NCBI GenBank assembly: GCA_000442015.1
Contig: KE561047.1
Coordinates: 141,341 to 205,340, forward strand
DNA length: 64,000 nucleotides
Reading direction: 5' to 3'
DNA from: Rozella allomycis CSF55
Taxonomy: Eukaryota
The position numbers and the translations under genes are program-made. Below the pieces are notes generated by a model. The model searched no databases, was not told the DNA's origin, and was given only the letters and a program-made list of their open reading frames with translations. Position 1 is the first letter of the stretch, and each line of letters starts with the position of its first letter. Positions 12,532 to 25,743 of the stretch are shown here, in pieces.

Positions 12532-14340
12532 ATGGATAGAAAACAAAAATTGTTTATTTTGTATTCTATTGAACAATATTTGAAAAGCAACGGATATGGT
12601 GAAGCAGCGTCCAAAATAAGAAAAAGTTGTGAAGATATATCAAAGCTTGAGAATAAGAATGAGATTCTTGAGCTTATCAAGTATACTTTGGAGCAACTTG
12701 GAATGAGTGAGGAGGCGAAAATGATAGAAATTGGGAAAGAAAAAATGGACGTTGATAGCAGTTCATCTGAGAGCGATAGTTCTAGTAGCTCAAGCTCCTC
12801 TAGCAGCTCGTCTTCAAGTGACTCTGATAGCGATAGTTCGTCTAGTTCTAGCAGCTCTAGTTCATCTGATTCTGATTCATCAAGCTCTAGCAGTTCTAGC
12901 TCTTCAAGCGATAGTGATTCTGATAGTAGTTCATCTAGCTCTAGCTCATCAAGCTCTAGCTCTAGCTCATCAAGCTCTAGTTCCAGTTCATCATCATCTA
13001 GCTCTAGTTCATCATCTAGTTCCAGCTCATCTTCTTCATCATCTAGTTCTAGCTCATCATCCAGCTCTTCTTCATCAAGTGACAGTGACTCTAGCAGTGA
13101 TTCTGACAGTGACTCTGATAGCGACTCTGAAGGTGAAAAGCCAAATGAAGTGAAGGATAAAACTGTCGACGGTGTTAAAGACGTTGAAATGAAGGTTGAC
13201 GAGGAAAGTAGCAGCGATAGTGATGCTGATGATGAATCTGAGCATTCAGATAAGAACAATAAGAAGGCTGACTCTGATTCTGATAGCAGTGATTCTGATA
13301 GCAGTGATTCTGATAGTAGTGATTCGGACAGTAGTGACTCTGAGGAGGAAAAGAAGGATGAAAAGATAGAGGAAAAGGATGAAAAGGAAGCGAAAAAAGA
13401 GGAAAGCAGCTCAAGTGAGAGTTCCAGCAGTGATAGCAGTTCAAGTGAGGAAGAAAAGAAAGATGATAAAAAGGAAGATAGTAGCTCTTCAAGCTCTTCA
13501 AGTGATAGTTCTAGTAGCGATGATAGTTCAAGTGAAGAAGAGAAAAAGGAAGAAAAGAAGGAAGACAAAGAAGAAAGCAAAAAGGAAGAAAGTAGCTCTT
13601 CTAGTGATAGCTCTTCAAGTGATAGCGATGATAGTTCAAGTCAAGGAGAGAAAAAGGAAGAAAAGAAGGAAGACAAGGAAGAAAGCAAAAAAGAAGAAAG
13701 TAGCTCTTCAAGTGATAGCTCCAGTAGTGATGATAGCTCTAGCGACGAAGAAAAGAAAGAAGAAAAGAAGGCAGAGAGCGACAGTTCAAGTGATGATAGT
13801 TCAAGTGAAAGTTCTTCTAGTGATGACAGTTCAAGTGAAGAAGAAAAGAAGAAAGAAAGCTCTAGCTCTAGTTCTAGTGACAGCTCAGAATCAGAAGAAG
13901 AAAAGAAGGCGGAAGAGAAAAAGGAATCATCTGGTTCTGAAAGTGAATCATCATCCGATAGTGAATCTTCTGAATCTGATAGCAAAGATGAAATGGAAAA
14001 ATCATTTATAAATGAGAATGGAAAAAGAGTGAAGAGCTTTGAGACCCCAATAAAGAAAGCTGAAGAGAATGAAAACAAAAAGAGAAAGACTAAATCACTG
14101 CCAGCGACTCCATTTAAAAGAGTTGACGCTACAAAGGTTGTTGTTCCAGAGAAACTAAAAGATAATTCATTTAATGCCAAGAAGGGAGCATTTGGATCTT
14201 ATGGAGAGAAAGCAAATGAGAAATTATCCAAAGTTAGAGGAAAAGATTTTAGACATGAAAAGAATAAAAAGAAAAGAGGATCTTACAAGGGTGGTGAAAT
14301 AGATCAAGGTGTTCATTCCATTGCTTTTGATTCAGATTAG
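12532..14340 (+). CDS. SRP40: Srp40/Nopp140 nucleolar Ser-rich phosphoprotein
   Basis: Long Ser/Asp tracts alternating with Lys/Glu blocks; C-terminal [38 protein letters not shown]40_C motif. Confidence 0.92.
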   Translation: MDRKQKLFILYSIEQYLKSNGYGEAASKIRKSCEDISKLENKNEILELIKYTLEQLGMSEEAKMIEIGKEKMDVDSSSSESDSSSSSSSSSSSSSSDSDSDSSSSSSSSSSSDSDSSSSSSSSSSSDSDSDSSSSSSSSSSSSSSSSSSSSSSSSSSSSSSSSSSSSSSSSSSSSSSSSSSSSDSDSSSDSDSDSDSDSEGEKPNEVKDKTVDGVKDVEMKVDEESSSDSDADDESEHSDKNNKKADSDSDSSDSDSSDSDSSDSDSSDSEEEKKDEKIEEKDEKEAKKEESSSSESSSSDSSSSEEEKKDDKKEDSSSSSSSSDSSSSDDSSSEEEKKEEKKEDKEESKKEESSSSSDSSSSDSDDSSSQGEKKEEKKEDKEESKKEESSSSSDSSSSDDSSSDEEKKEEKKAESDSSSDDSSSESSSSDDSSSEEEKKKESSSSSSSDSSESEEEKKAEEKKESSGSESESSSDSESSESDSKDEMEKSFINENGKRVKSFETPIKKAEENENKKRKTKSLPATPFKRVDATKVVVPEKLKDNSFNAKKGAFGSYGEKANEKLSKVRGKDFRHEKNKKKRGSYKGGEIDQGVHSIAFDSD

Positions 14341-14381
14341 TTTCTTTAAATAAAATGCATTCAATTTATTTAAGTTTAATT

Positions 14382-15956
14382 TTAATTTCTTCCAAATCCT
14401 GTAGTTTGAGCTCTTTCGTATGATCCCCTGTTAGATCCAAAGTACTTTGATGCACTTCCTTGATTGCTTCTTCCAAATCCACTTTGTGTGAATGTTGGTT
14501 TTCTGTTATATCTATCAATGTTAAACACTTTAAATAATCTATTAGATGATGATGACATTGAATTCAAAGCCTTTTCTCTTAATTCTTTTGGTACTTCAAT
14601 TCCACCTTCTTGTAAAACGTTAATCAAATCTTTAATCATCCCATAATCCTTCTGTGTTATAAATGTATGTGAATCCCCTGTTCTATCTGTACCTCTCGCT
14701 GTTCTTCCAATTCTATGAATGTAATTATCAACAAACAATGGCATATCATAATTAAACACAGCTTTAATAGATGGAATATCTAATCCACGGGCTGCAATAT
14801 CTGTAGCTACCAACACTTGCAATGAATTCTTTCTAAACCCTTCCAACGTTGTTTGTCTTTTAGCCTGACTCAAATCTCCATGAATCGCTTGACTCTTAAT
14901 CCCCTTAACGTTCAATTCATACGCAACTTCATCGCATTGTTTCTTTGCATTACAAAATATAATTGATTTCTCTTCTTTGTACAACTTCAATTTATCAATC
15001 AACAATTTCATCTTTTCTTCATTCGAAACAAAATGAAAATTTTGATTCACTCGTTTATTCGCCATCAATTCATCACTTCCAACTACAATCCTTGTCGTGT
15101 CTCTTCCTAAATACTCTTCTGCTAAATGTCTAACATCCTTGGGCCATGTTGCACTCCACATAATCGTCTGTTTACTTTCTGGCAACTTTTCATTAATCTC
15201 ATCTAATTGTGGTTTAAATCCCTTGTTCATCCCTACATCAAATCTTACCATATCCAACATTCTATCAGCTTCATCTACAATCAACATCTTCACCTTGCTC
15301 AAATCACAACTTCCCTCACTAATCAACTGTGCTATCCTCCCAGGGCACGCTACAACAATATCAACCCCCATCTCAAACTTCCTCTTATCCATCATCACAC
15401 TAGTCCCTCCATAAAACATATCTGTTATAAATCCACATGAAGCAGCCATCGGCCCAATCACGCTAGCAACCTGCTGACACAACTCTCGCGTCGGCGTCAG
15501 CACTATCGCCTGCGGTTTCGCTACCCTCTCCCTGCTCTTCTCCAATTTCAGCACAAGCGGCAGCCCAAAACTCAGTGTTTTGCCTATTCACCCACAAAAA
15601 CCAATTTACCTCCACCAGTCTCGGCAACTCCAACTACATTCTTGCCTTCCATCACCACAGGCCATCCAACCGCCTGGATTGGCGTCGGCTTGGTTATATT
15701 CTGTTTCGCCAAATACCCAACGAGCTTCTCTGGAATCCCCGCCTCTACAAAATCATTATACACCCTATATTCACTCCAATTGATACCTACTTTGGCTGCG
15801 CATTGTAAAACTTTATACTATGCTTTGCTAGAAACTCGGCACAATCGCTACTAGCCGCATACAAGAATCGACCTGTCATCAATCACAACATATCTTACTC
15901 GAATGGAAACACCGGCGAAATGATATCATCATGTTCATCTTGGCAAGGGTCTCCAT
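14382..15956 (-). CDS. DEAD-box RNA helicase, probably mitochondrion-targeted, 4 introns
   Basis: Motifs [33 protein letters not shown]. Spliced N-terminus [17 protein letters not shown] looks like a presequence. Confidence 0.88.
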
Positions 15957-16110
15957 TTCCTGAATAGGTAACAATTTCATTTCTGAAATTTACTCGTATA
16001 TTACACATAATTCAAATAACAATACCAAAATAATCTTACATTTTATTCTTTCTTTATCAGCAGCTTATTCTACATCTTGATTATGTAGATTAAATATTCG
16101 CCAGCCACAA

Positions 16111-16748
16111 ATGGAATTTCCACTTTTCGCCCGAGTAATACATTTCCCTCATCCTTATAGTTTCCAGAATTGCACCAGTACATTTACACAACCACCACTA
16201 ACCTCCAAGTCTCACTGCAGTCCCCAGAACCCAACTTTCCATCATCGTCCATGATAAAGCCAGATCTCCCAGCGTTACAAGGATACCTCTACAAAAAGAC
16301 CAAAAAAGTTAAAAACAAGTGGGAAAAACGCATATTCGCGCTAGAAAACGGGTGCCTTTCTTACCTGCGGAAAAACGAGAAACAAGTAAAGGCGCAACTG
16401 TCCGTGGAATCTATCGTCAATATTCAAGTGTACCAGAAACCTGCAAACAAACTATCTGCTGTCGTCAGGCGCAAGTCATTGTATTATTTCGATGTCGAAT
16501 ATCCTGGAAACGTTTATAGACTCGCGGCAAAGGTAACATTATTTAATTGTTGTTATCAGACGCCGGAAATGAGGAATAGTTGGGTCGCGGCACTCAATAA
16601 TTCTAGATTGCTTTTGACAGAAGGATTATGGCAGCAGAATTCTATTATAAAGATGGTTGTAGATAACGATACCTCTATTGATGACGATAACAGCGAGAAT
16701 CACCAAGAAGTAACGACTTGTGGATTAGAAGCACTTGTAATCACGTAA
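16111..16748 (+). CDS. PH-domain protein
   Basis: LQGYLYKK..KWEKRIFALENGCLSY..RLAAK|TPEMRNSWVAAL. Introns 16135-16160 and 16533-16559; the start may instead be 16251. Confidence 0.8.
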
Positions 16749-16874
16749 TAATAAAAACAAAAAATATTTCACAAAACCCTTGTGTAAATAAAGACTAAAA
16801 TTAAAAGTAAATACCGATTTCATTAAAAATAAGTTAAAAAGCATAAAACGAATAAAGTATTGAATCTAAAAAAA

Positions 16875-16946
16875 GGGCTCCGCCGAGGATTGAACTCGGG
16901 ACCTCTCACACCCAAAGCGAGAATCATACCACTAGACCACGAAGCC
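16875..16946 (-). tRNA. tRNA-Pro(TGG)
   Basis: 72 nt cloverleaf GGCTTCG...CGGAGCCC, anticodon loop TTTGGGT, followed by a T-run. Confidence 0.95.
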
Positions 16947-17122
16947 AGTTGACAGTACATATCTGTTGTTATATTTGTAATAAACCTGTTTCTGACTCAT
17001 CCAAGATCCCTTCCTAATGTGAATAGCATGGATTAGAATCAGATTTTCGAGATCATGTGAATTTTGAAAGTCTGAACAATTGTCAATTAAATCAAATTAT
17101 ATCACAATTTTCAAAACTTCAA

Positions 17123-18506
17123 ATGATTGGATTTTTGTTTTTACTCATTAAAATAACTGGTCATCACGCTTTCTTCAGTATATTGGGATTATTAAGAATT
17201 TTCTACATTCAAATATTTGACGATTCGTATGAATTAACGGGAATAGATGTCTGGTTACTGATTGAAATTGTGTTTTCGATATACAGGTTTGTGAAATTAA
17301 AGGATTATATTTCTCGGGGATTAGAACATTTGCCAGAAGCAGAAATGTGTGTCATGGATAACGTCTGGAATGAAACTGAAATTCATGAAACTCCTGAATC
17401 TATTTTTCCGCCGTGGTTTTGTAATACTGAATTGAAGAGACTTAAAAGCGATGATTTCAGAAGGTTTTTTTCAAGAATGATGTGTCATAAGAACTACGAA
17501 AGGTTGGATGCAAAAAAGGCCGCGGTCGTGGATTTACTGGTTAATAAAACAGTCAATCACTTGAAGATAATAAATGAACAACCAATTAATGATGACAATG
17601 CAAAAATGCTTTCTTTCACATTCGACGATCCTGTAGTTTTTCACAAGCCATTGGTTTTTTACTTGGTAATTACTTGAAATCATATTTAAAGATTATTGCA
17701 TTTTTAAGGAGTTTGCAAATCTTTATTATGAAAACATTTATGGGTTTTAATGCCAAAAAAGGGCAAGGAATGCAAGTTTTTTATAAAATGGCAGCCCCGT
17801 CAAATATTAAACAAGCTGACACTTTTGTATTCTTTCATGGATTAGGAATTGGGTTAATATCATATATGCCTTTTATCCGTGGCCTAAAAGACAATTTTCC
17901 TCACGCGAACATAGTTTTTGTTGAGAATTTCTCTTACGCTATGAGATTGGTTCCAGTCTTTACATTGCCTAAAACCTTCACCTCAGATCTGATGAAAATT
18001 CTTAAACATATAAATGTTACAGAAGTGATCGCCATTGGTCATTCAATGGGTTCATCTGCCGTTTGTTGGCTAGACCTATTTTATCCAGAGTTTATAAAGA
18101 AGAGAGTTTTTATAGACCCGGTTTGTTTCGGCCTCTGGAGTCACGACGTGACATACAATGCAATCTATCGACACCCCTCGAATTTGAATCAATTGATCAT
18201 CAAATTTGCAGCGACTGAATTTGGAATTTCAATTTTTCTTCAAAGATATTTTGTGTGGTAAAAATGACAAGTTTCAAACAAAGGTTTCAATCTACATACT
18301 TCACAAGAACACTTCCAAAAAACTACATAACGTACATTTGCGAATTAGACCAAATAATTAATGTACCATACATATTACAGTATTTATATGCTCATAAATC
18401 TGAACTTGACCGCGTCGTTTTAATTGAAGAATATCATCATGGGGAGGTTTTTACTCGTGAAATGCAGCACAAACTAATTCAGGATCTAGTGAAGGAATTT
18501 AAATGA
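17123..18506 (+). CDS. Membrane-anchored alpha/beta hydrolase, 2 introns
   Basis: FFHGLGIG oxyanion motif, GHSMG nucleophile elbow, IDPVCF, C-terminal HHG. Two 26-nt introns ending AAG. Confidence 0.82.
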
Positions 18507-18655
18507 ATTCATTAATAAATTTTGGCTTCAAAAATATTTGCCAAGCAAAACATTAAATTTTCTGTTGAAAGGTCAAAGACTCAAACGCAATATTTGTGTC
18601 TTGTGGAAATTTCGGAACAGAAATTGAAATAGGGCGGGTTTCCAAGCCACTTAAA

Positions 18656-19249
18656 ATGGTTATATCCCCTACACACAATAATCCCACATATTCCGACACT
18701 TGCCAAACGACATCCATCAGTGAAAACTCATTTTCAGATATCGAAAATGACACCAGTGAAATGAAAGTTGACACGGAGTCAAACAAACCCGCAATCCTGC
18801 TTTCTGTTGAAAAACTGGAGAAAGAAAGGCAGCAGAAGCTTCTGGAACTTGAACTACGCAAGGAAGAAGAGTCCAAGAAAATAGAAGAAGGACTTATGAC
18901 CAGATCAAGATCCATTCAGTGGAAGATTGCAATGATTGAAGAAATGAGAATAAAAAAAGAAGAGGAGGAAAAACAAAAACTTTTACGCTTGGAAGAACAA
19001 AGACAAATGGAATTTCTTGAAAAGCAGAGTGAAGCAATAGTCAAGTTCCAACAGAAAGTAAATGAAGAAAAAATGAAATCCTTGAACAAATATTTGCGAA
19101 AAAAAAATCCCGAAATCGTTGCCAATACTCCTTCCATGGCGTCTTTAATTGATGTTAAAGGCGATAATGGTGACATCGACAATGAGAATAAAGAATGCAA
19201 CGTGATATTGGAAACTAAATCATCTGAGTCATGTTGCATTATACTTTAA
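18656..19249 (+). CDS. Coiled-coil protein with C-terminal CaaX (CCIIL)
   Basis: E/K-rich coiled coil; ends SESCCIIL*. Confidence 0.65.
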   Translation: MVISPTHNNPTYSDTCQTTSISENSFSDIENDTSEMKVDTESNKPAILLSVEKLEKERQQKLLELELRKEEESKKIEEGLMTRSRSIQWKIAMIEEMRIKKEEEEKQKLLRLEEQRQMEFLEKQSEAIVKFQQKVNEEKMKSLNKYLRKKNPEIVANTPSMASLIDVKGDNGDIDNENKECNVILETKSSESCCIIL

Positions 19250-19290
19250 TTAATAAATAATTTTTTGAACTCCTTTAAAGGTGGCTTGTC

Positions 19291-20035
19291 ATGGAAGAAT
19301 TTTTAAAATCGTCTCCGTTCTACGGTTTCCACATATCATCACATGATGAATTAAGAAACACTGAAGATCGTCATAGATGCAACGTTTGCGGTCAACTTGG
19401 CAAGTATTATTGCAAAAATACAAAATGTGGGGTGTCGTATGTCGATATACCAAAAGTGAGACTACCAATATCTCTTGACATGTAAATTACAGCATTATAC
19501 TAATAAAAGAATTAAGCATTCAAGAGAAAAAGACTCCAAATCTACTGCGATACATGCGAAACTCGCTTCACCTTCTGAAACTAACATTTACCTCTTCCCG
19601 GAAGAAGATTTTTCTATAGATAATCCTGAAGAAACACTCTTATTATTCCCCTCAGTGGACGCAAAACCAATATCTCAACTCGACTGTGAAAAGTATAAAA
19701 AGTTGATTGTCATTGATGGCACTTGGAAACAGGCGAAAATGATGGTGAAATCTAATAAGGAAAAGTTTTCCAAAGTCCAAAAAGTTTGCATTCAACAGAA
19801 AGAAACCTTATTTTGGCGGCATCAAAGAGTTAGCAAATATTGTCTTGCCACGATAGAGGCAATATATCATTTCATGATAGAATTCCTCGCCGAGAAAGGT
19901 CAAGATTCTAAATCTGTTGATAATCTTCTCTTCTTTTTCTCTTTCTTCTACAATCGTATTCAAAATCATTATACTACAAATGACATTCCGTTTGTCCGTA
20001 TCCCTGATTATATTAAATATGAAACAAACGAATAA
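19291..20035 (+). CDS. DTWD1: DTW-domain tRNA-uridine aminocarboxypropyltransferase, 1 intron
   Basis: LPISLD|IIKHSREKDSKSTAIHAK, IDGTWKQAK, TLFWRHQ, LATIEAIY. Confidence 0.88.
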
Positions 20036-20470
20036 ATATGGCTGTATTGTCGTTATTGGACAGAGAGTGTATTATAAATTCTGATTTTTAAGAAGAGTGT
20101 TATTGATTTGAAAGAAATCAAAATAAATCGATATTCTTTTTTGGAAAACGAAGTGATTTCACCACTTTCTTCTATCGCATGTAAACGTATCGTGGACGGT
20201 GGACTCCATTTACCGCTCTCTTCCTTTGCGTCATGCATGAATGCATCCAGATTCCTATAATCCTTAACACCTAAAATTAAATTGAAGAATTGAATTTGTG
20301 TTAAAGAGATATGTTGCACTAAGGATGGGTTTAGCGGGCTCCCAGGTTCGTTCACATTCTAGTGAATTCAGAAGTAGTACGACTGGTTGCTCCTTTTCTT
20401 GAAGTCTAAAATGTAAGAGTATTCAGCTTGAAGAACTTCCATTTTGTTTCCTTGACTACAAACTTGAATT

Positions 20471-23218
20471 ATGGAACTTCTAGCTCAATATATTAAAGAG
20501 AAAAACTATTCAGGCATACGAAAATGCATTCTCAGTTCTAATGGCACGATTAATGAAACACTGCCATCTCTGGAATACATGACGCCGTTATCCTACGCCT
20601 CATTTCTCGGTGACCCAGAAATTTTAAACATATTGCTATCATCTGTATGAGACGATTGTCTTTATAAAACTAAAGGAATCAATAGATGTGAATGCTCAAG
20701 ATGAGGAAGGTAATACTGCACTTCATATTGCCGTTGCTGCGGCAAAAATTGAATCAATTATCGCATTAATAAATGCTAAGGCCAATCCTTATCTTGTTAA
20801 TGCACTTGAAAAGAGTCCCATTGATTATGCTAGTGATAAGAAGATTCTTAAAATTTTGATGAATGCTACCATTGTAATTAGATCACTTTGAAAATTTTGA
20901 AACTAAAGGAGTATGTTGATTCACAAGTACCGCAAGATGTGGCATACCTTCGTGATTATATTGTTGAAGTTATCGTCAACTTTTATAAATTTCAAGAGCG
21001 GACAAAAGTAATGCCAAAGTCGTTAATTAGATTAGGATATTATTGTACAAGTAGTAGAAGAAAAGCAAATCGCGGTGCAAAAGTATAATTCAATTGAAGG
21101 TCTATTGGGATTAAAAGACAATGCCAATGACAAGAATCACATTAACAGATTTGCATACCTCCAAGATGAAAATGAACGACAAGCTGCTAAAATAAACTAT
21201 CTAAAGGTATTGAATACAAATATAATTTTGAAATCAGTTACAAAATCGCAATCTGGTCAAAAAGATTGAAGAACTTCGGATGGGCTATCGAGAAAACGTG
21301 AATGCCTTGTCTTCCAGCCATCTAGAAGAGATTGAACTGTTACAGAAAAAAGATGAAGAAATTTCTACAGTTATTACCAACTACCAAACGAAAATTTCAA
21401 CCATTTCAGATGAACTTTTAAAGAGCATCGGCGGTCGAAGTATTTTGTCCTTTTCCAAGGACTCGCAAAGCAAAGAGGACTATTTAGTAATATAAATGTA
21501 GATTAAAAAAGTAGATTAAATCTATTAATAGTGAAAAGATGGTGTTTGATCAGCAAATCTATAGAATGCTTGAAGAAAAGAGAAATTTGATTCATAACTT
21601 GAAAAGAAATGAGGATTCGATTGTTATACAAAGTAATTCGAAGAGAGAGCAGGTATTTTTTTTAATTTGTGCTAATAGATCGAACAAAAACTACAAGACC
21701 TCGTTGATAAACAGGAACAGCAAGATGAATTAAATAATCTCGTTGCCTTTATTCATGTTGAAGAAGGTGTAAGAAAAGTAAAAGGCGCCACGCTTGAAAA
21801 GCTGGCAGAATACTTACTTGACCCCCGCAGGTATTGTTGATATTCCAAAATCCATTAGGACTCAAGATGAAGAATTCGAGTCAACATTTCTTCTTTGTTA
21901 TCGATGTTTTACCACCAAGTTGGTGCTGCTTAAACAAATACGTAATGCGTAATGGAGTTGCTTGCTTTGAACTCAGTTTTGTAAAGTTTTCTGAGCGCCC
22001 TTTGCCAGAGTTTTCAGAAATAGTCCCTCAAATACAATTGAAGTATGTTAACATTTTAAAAAATTGGATGCAAAATCACTGGTTAGACTTTGAGGGTGAT
22101 GATCAGTTCATTACCGAAACAAACAAAGTTATTGAGGTGATTAAGCATTTCAACCCTCGATTATCAAATATTTTGGCAGTATTTTTAAAACAAAAGGTTC
22201 CTTATTTCGTTTTTCTTTACTTAGCAAAATAATGAAAGATTTGTAGTCGTTTCGAACATTGAGCCGCCTCCAAAGCCAATCATTCCAAAAACATTGATTA
22301 AAAAGTTCTCCGGTGATCCAACTGAAAGGCGTAAGTTTTTAATCTTTGGATAAAAGTTAAAACCTCACTTGAATCCATCAACTTAAAATTGATCGATATT
22401 GATCCCTTGGAAGTTGCAAGACAAATTACATTAATAGAACACAAACTCTTTTTATCCATAAAGCCATATGAATTCTTAAATCTTGCTTGGATGAAAGACG
22501 ATCGAGATGTAAAATCTCCAAACATTATGGCAATGACCCGATTCTCCAATCACATTGTAAACTGGGTTATCACTGAAATCGTTACAATAAAAGAAAATCT
22601 GAAGCTTAGAGCTGCAGCATTTGAGAAATTTATTCAAGTAGCTCAAGTACATGCTGATCCAATGATTAAATAATAGAATTTAGAAAAACTAAACAACTTC
22701 AATGGACTGAAAGAAATCATGGCGGGCCTTTCATCTGCCTCAGTTTACAGACTAAAAAAGACAAAAGAAGTATTGTGCAATGTTATAATTTAACAAAGAC
22801 TCTCAGTGCGAAACTTTTGAAAACTTATGATGATTTAAATAATGTCGCTAGCAGTGATCTTAATTTTAAAAACCTTCGATCCCGCGTTCAGAATGCTGAA
22901 CCACCTGTTATTCCATTTCCTGGTGAAATTTCGTTTCATAAAATAACGCAGGATTGTTCCAAGGAGATTTAGTTTATCTGGATACATGTAACAAGGATAA
23001 ACTTGAAAATGGGTTAATAAACTTTACTAAACAACAAAAAATATATCTTTGCATTCAAGAAATACAAGTAAATTATCTTTAGAGTATTAATAGTCCTACC
23101 AAAAGTCATTTTATAACCTTGAAGTTGTTGACGATATAGCGGACTACATAAAAAATATTAATGTTCTAGGCGAAGAAGATGCTTACAATTTTTCGTTAAT
23201 TTGCGAGCCTCGACAATA
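20471..23218 (+). CDS. Ankyrin-repeat / coiled-coil / REM / CDC25-type RasGEF, about 14 introns
   Basis: GNTALHIAVAA ankyrin; VKGATLEKL REM; DPLEVARQITLIE, LNNFNGL, PPVIPFPGLFQGDLVYLD, GLINFTK; ends SLICEPRQ*. Confidence 0.85.
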
Positions 23219-23591
23219 AAATAATACAAGTCTCGCGGTGCTCGTTAAATCAAATTCGGACGGGGTGTTAATAATTACAAATAAATTTATTCACACAAAA
23301 CAACTAGTCTCCATCTTTATCATTTTTTGAAATTAGTTTCAAAGATTCCATGGAAATTATGTATAAATCATGCCCAAAATCACACCAAAGGCAAATACAG
23401 AACTCCCTGAAGAAGACGATCTCGAAAGCCAATTCTGGGCAATAGCATTAATTAAGAATGAGCCAATTCACAATTGGCTCAATGGTGTAAGAACCCAAAA
23501 TCCGCAGCGTCCATATAAACATCTTTAGAATAATGCTAAACAATGTCGCGAGCCTCGACAATAAAACAATATAGATTTAATTAAAGATACT

Positions 23592-25616
23592 TTATTCAAG
23601 TTTTGGAATGTATATTTTGACATTGCAAGAAAGCGAGGTTTTCTCACCGAATTTGTTTCTTGCTTTGTTGACGATATACGGAGCGGACACAGAAACCATA
23701 TTTTGTTTGTTGTAATAACTCATAACATTTGCCAAAGATTGTTCGAGAACTCGTGTGGACGAAACATCAACATTCATATGTGTGAGCCAAGAAGAAGGAA
23801 CAGGCTTTGGTATTCTAACGCTTTGACCATAAGATCTATCCAGAGGTTCCGGATTCCATGTCTGCTTCACTATCTTTTCAAAATATGAGGTACTATTTTG
23901 GCAGTCACAAGATTTTCCTTCCAATTTTTCTTTTTGCAGGAGTACAATGAGCTCTTCAATGACAGGTGGATTACTAGTGCTACAATTATATTTGCGCGGG
24001 ATCCAATTTATTCTTCTCTTTCTTTTAAACTCGTGCGACTTCTCAAATAAGAATGAACCGATTGGTTCAATAGGAAAATCTGAATCAGATGAGGTGGGCA
24101 TAGGTAAATCGCTTGTTTTTGTTGTAGATGATTGAGTTTCTTTGCTAAGTGTAGTAGATGATGATGTAATTGGTAGGTTAATTGTTGTAGATGATAAAGT
24201 TGTCGGATTTGTTGTGGGAGTTGCACTCACTGTAGTTGTGGGCGTTGTCATGCTCATTGATGGTTTTGTAGTCGAGGCCGAAATAGAAGAATTAACTTTA
24301 TCAGATGTTGGAGGGACCTGAGTAACATTCAAACGCTTCTTCAATGTGGATGGTTCTGCGTATGAGTAACACAATTCGCTAATGTCTAAAACTTGTTCTG
24401 TTGACATGAAAATCCAAAGAATCAAAATTTACGAGCTTGAAATCTCAATGGAACACTACAGAAGCTTATGGAAGAAATCTTATCAAATTACCATGGAAAC
24501 CAACCTTATAAAAAGGACGCAAACATTGAATAAACCCCGGTTCATTACTGGTTCATTACTAGCTTATTGGTTTAACCTTACCGAAAGGCATTTTATTTTT
24601 AGCAAGTTAATACACCAATCTTTCATCACACTTCTTCCATAAGCCTCTGCAACTAATTCAAATCATCCAAAACAAATCGTTACTAATCTCAATCTTTCTT
24701 AACTTTTATTAAGTTTCTTCAAGGCATTAGATAATATTAATAAGAAATAATCAATCAATCCACCTAAAAGAAACCAATTTATTAAAATTAAGATGTTCCA
24801 CTGTGACATCAAAGGGTGGTAGATTTTCTTGAAGATTCGATTTAGCTGAATATAGTCTACGCTTCCCTTGTCTTGATTGAAAATCATGCCATAATTTATC
24901 AATAAATCCATGATGCAGCCAAAATATGGGATCGTTGCTGCTATGCATTGTTGCCATGAATCCTCCAATGTTATTGTGAGGAGTTCCATGAGGAGCCCCT
25001 TCCAAGGCTTGTCTAAAGGCATCATAAGTTCCAGATCCTTGCACAAGAAGATCCATCTGTTCTGTCGCATAGAATGCGGATAATTTTGATCCACCATCAA
25101 AATTCCTTTTGAGGCAAGAAGGATTAGGGTAAGCGACCTTCCAATCTTTAAATCTCCCGTTAGTTACACAACTGTCATTAGCTCTTCCATTTCCACCAAA
25201 CAAAGAGTCAAGAAAAATGATTGATACTTCTGGCGCTTGTGAATCAAGAGACCAGTCCCAATAAGGAATAACAACTCGTGAATCTATCTTTAAAAGTTCT
25301 TCCTCCAACTTCCATACATAATAGCGATGCCATGGTAAGAAGGCAGACACACTAAGTTTTAATAACATTTAATTCGGTACCCGTGCGCTCTTGTGGCAGC
25401 ATCAACATGAACTTTTACCCATTCATCATACTTTGAAATGCCATTGGATGATTTTGTATTGTATGTGTGCAATGCTTTCACGAATATATCAAACTCTTGA
25501 GCTGTAATATCACGAATTTCTTTTCTGACACGTGTTTTGGAGCATGTTAAGCCTAATACAGAATTAAATAAAGCTAGGACAAGGAATAAGGCGGCTTGTA
25601 GACATTGCATTCTCAT
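23592..25616 (-). pseudogene. Secreted tyrosinase with Ser/Thr-rich tail, interrupted by a 400-bp insertion
   Basis: Signal peptide, RVRKEIR, AHG|VSAFLPWHR, PYWDW, PHGTPHNNIGG, DPIFWLHHGFID. Removing 24399-24798 restores PFDVTVEQVLDISELCYSY. Confidence 0.8.
24399..24793. mobile_element. Solo-LTR-like insertion, 395 bp, with 5-bp target site duplication
   Basis: TGTTC at 24394-24398 and 24794-24798. Ends TGTT...AAGA (one mismatch from TGTT..AACA). Internal TATAAAA followed by AATAAA. Confidence 0.65.
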
Positions 25617-25743
25617 TTCTGTTTGTTTGTTTTCTAATCGTGGAGCACAATTTATAGACGACGAATATTCCCATAAACAGTAAATGTGGCTTCATTGTGT
25701 ATATTTACAAAGAAGGAAGTAAATAATACAATTGAAAATAAAT

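Noticed and set aside
12483-14180. Long antisense and alternate-frame ORFs over SRP40
   Set aside because: Shadow ORFs of low-complexity Ser/Glu/Lys codons.
14512-14538. Intron-like 27-nt AT..AG segment in the helicase tail
   Set aside because: In frame in an unconserved region with no GT donor, so there is no evidence that it is spliced.
20053-20442. Minus-strand ORF between DTWD1 and RasGEF
   Set aside because: I could not build a convincing spliced model or recognise a product.
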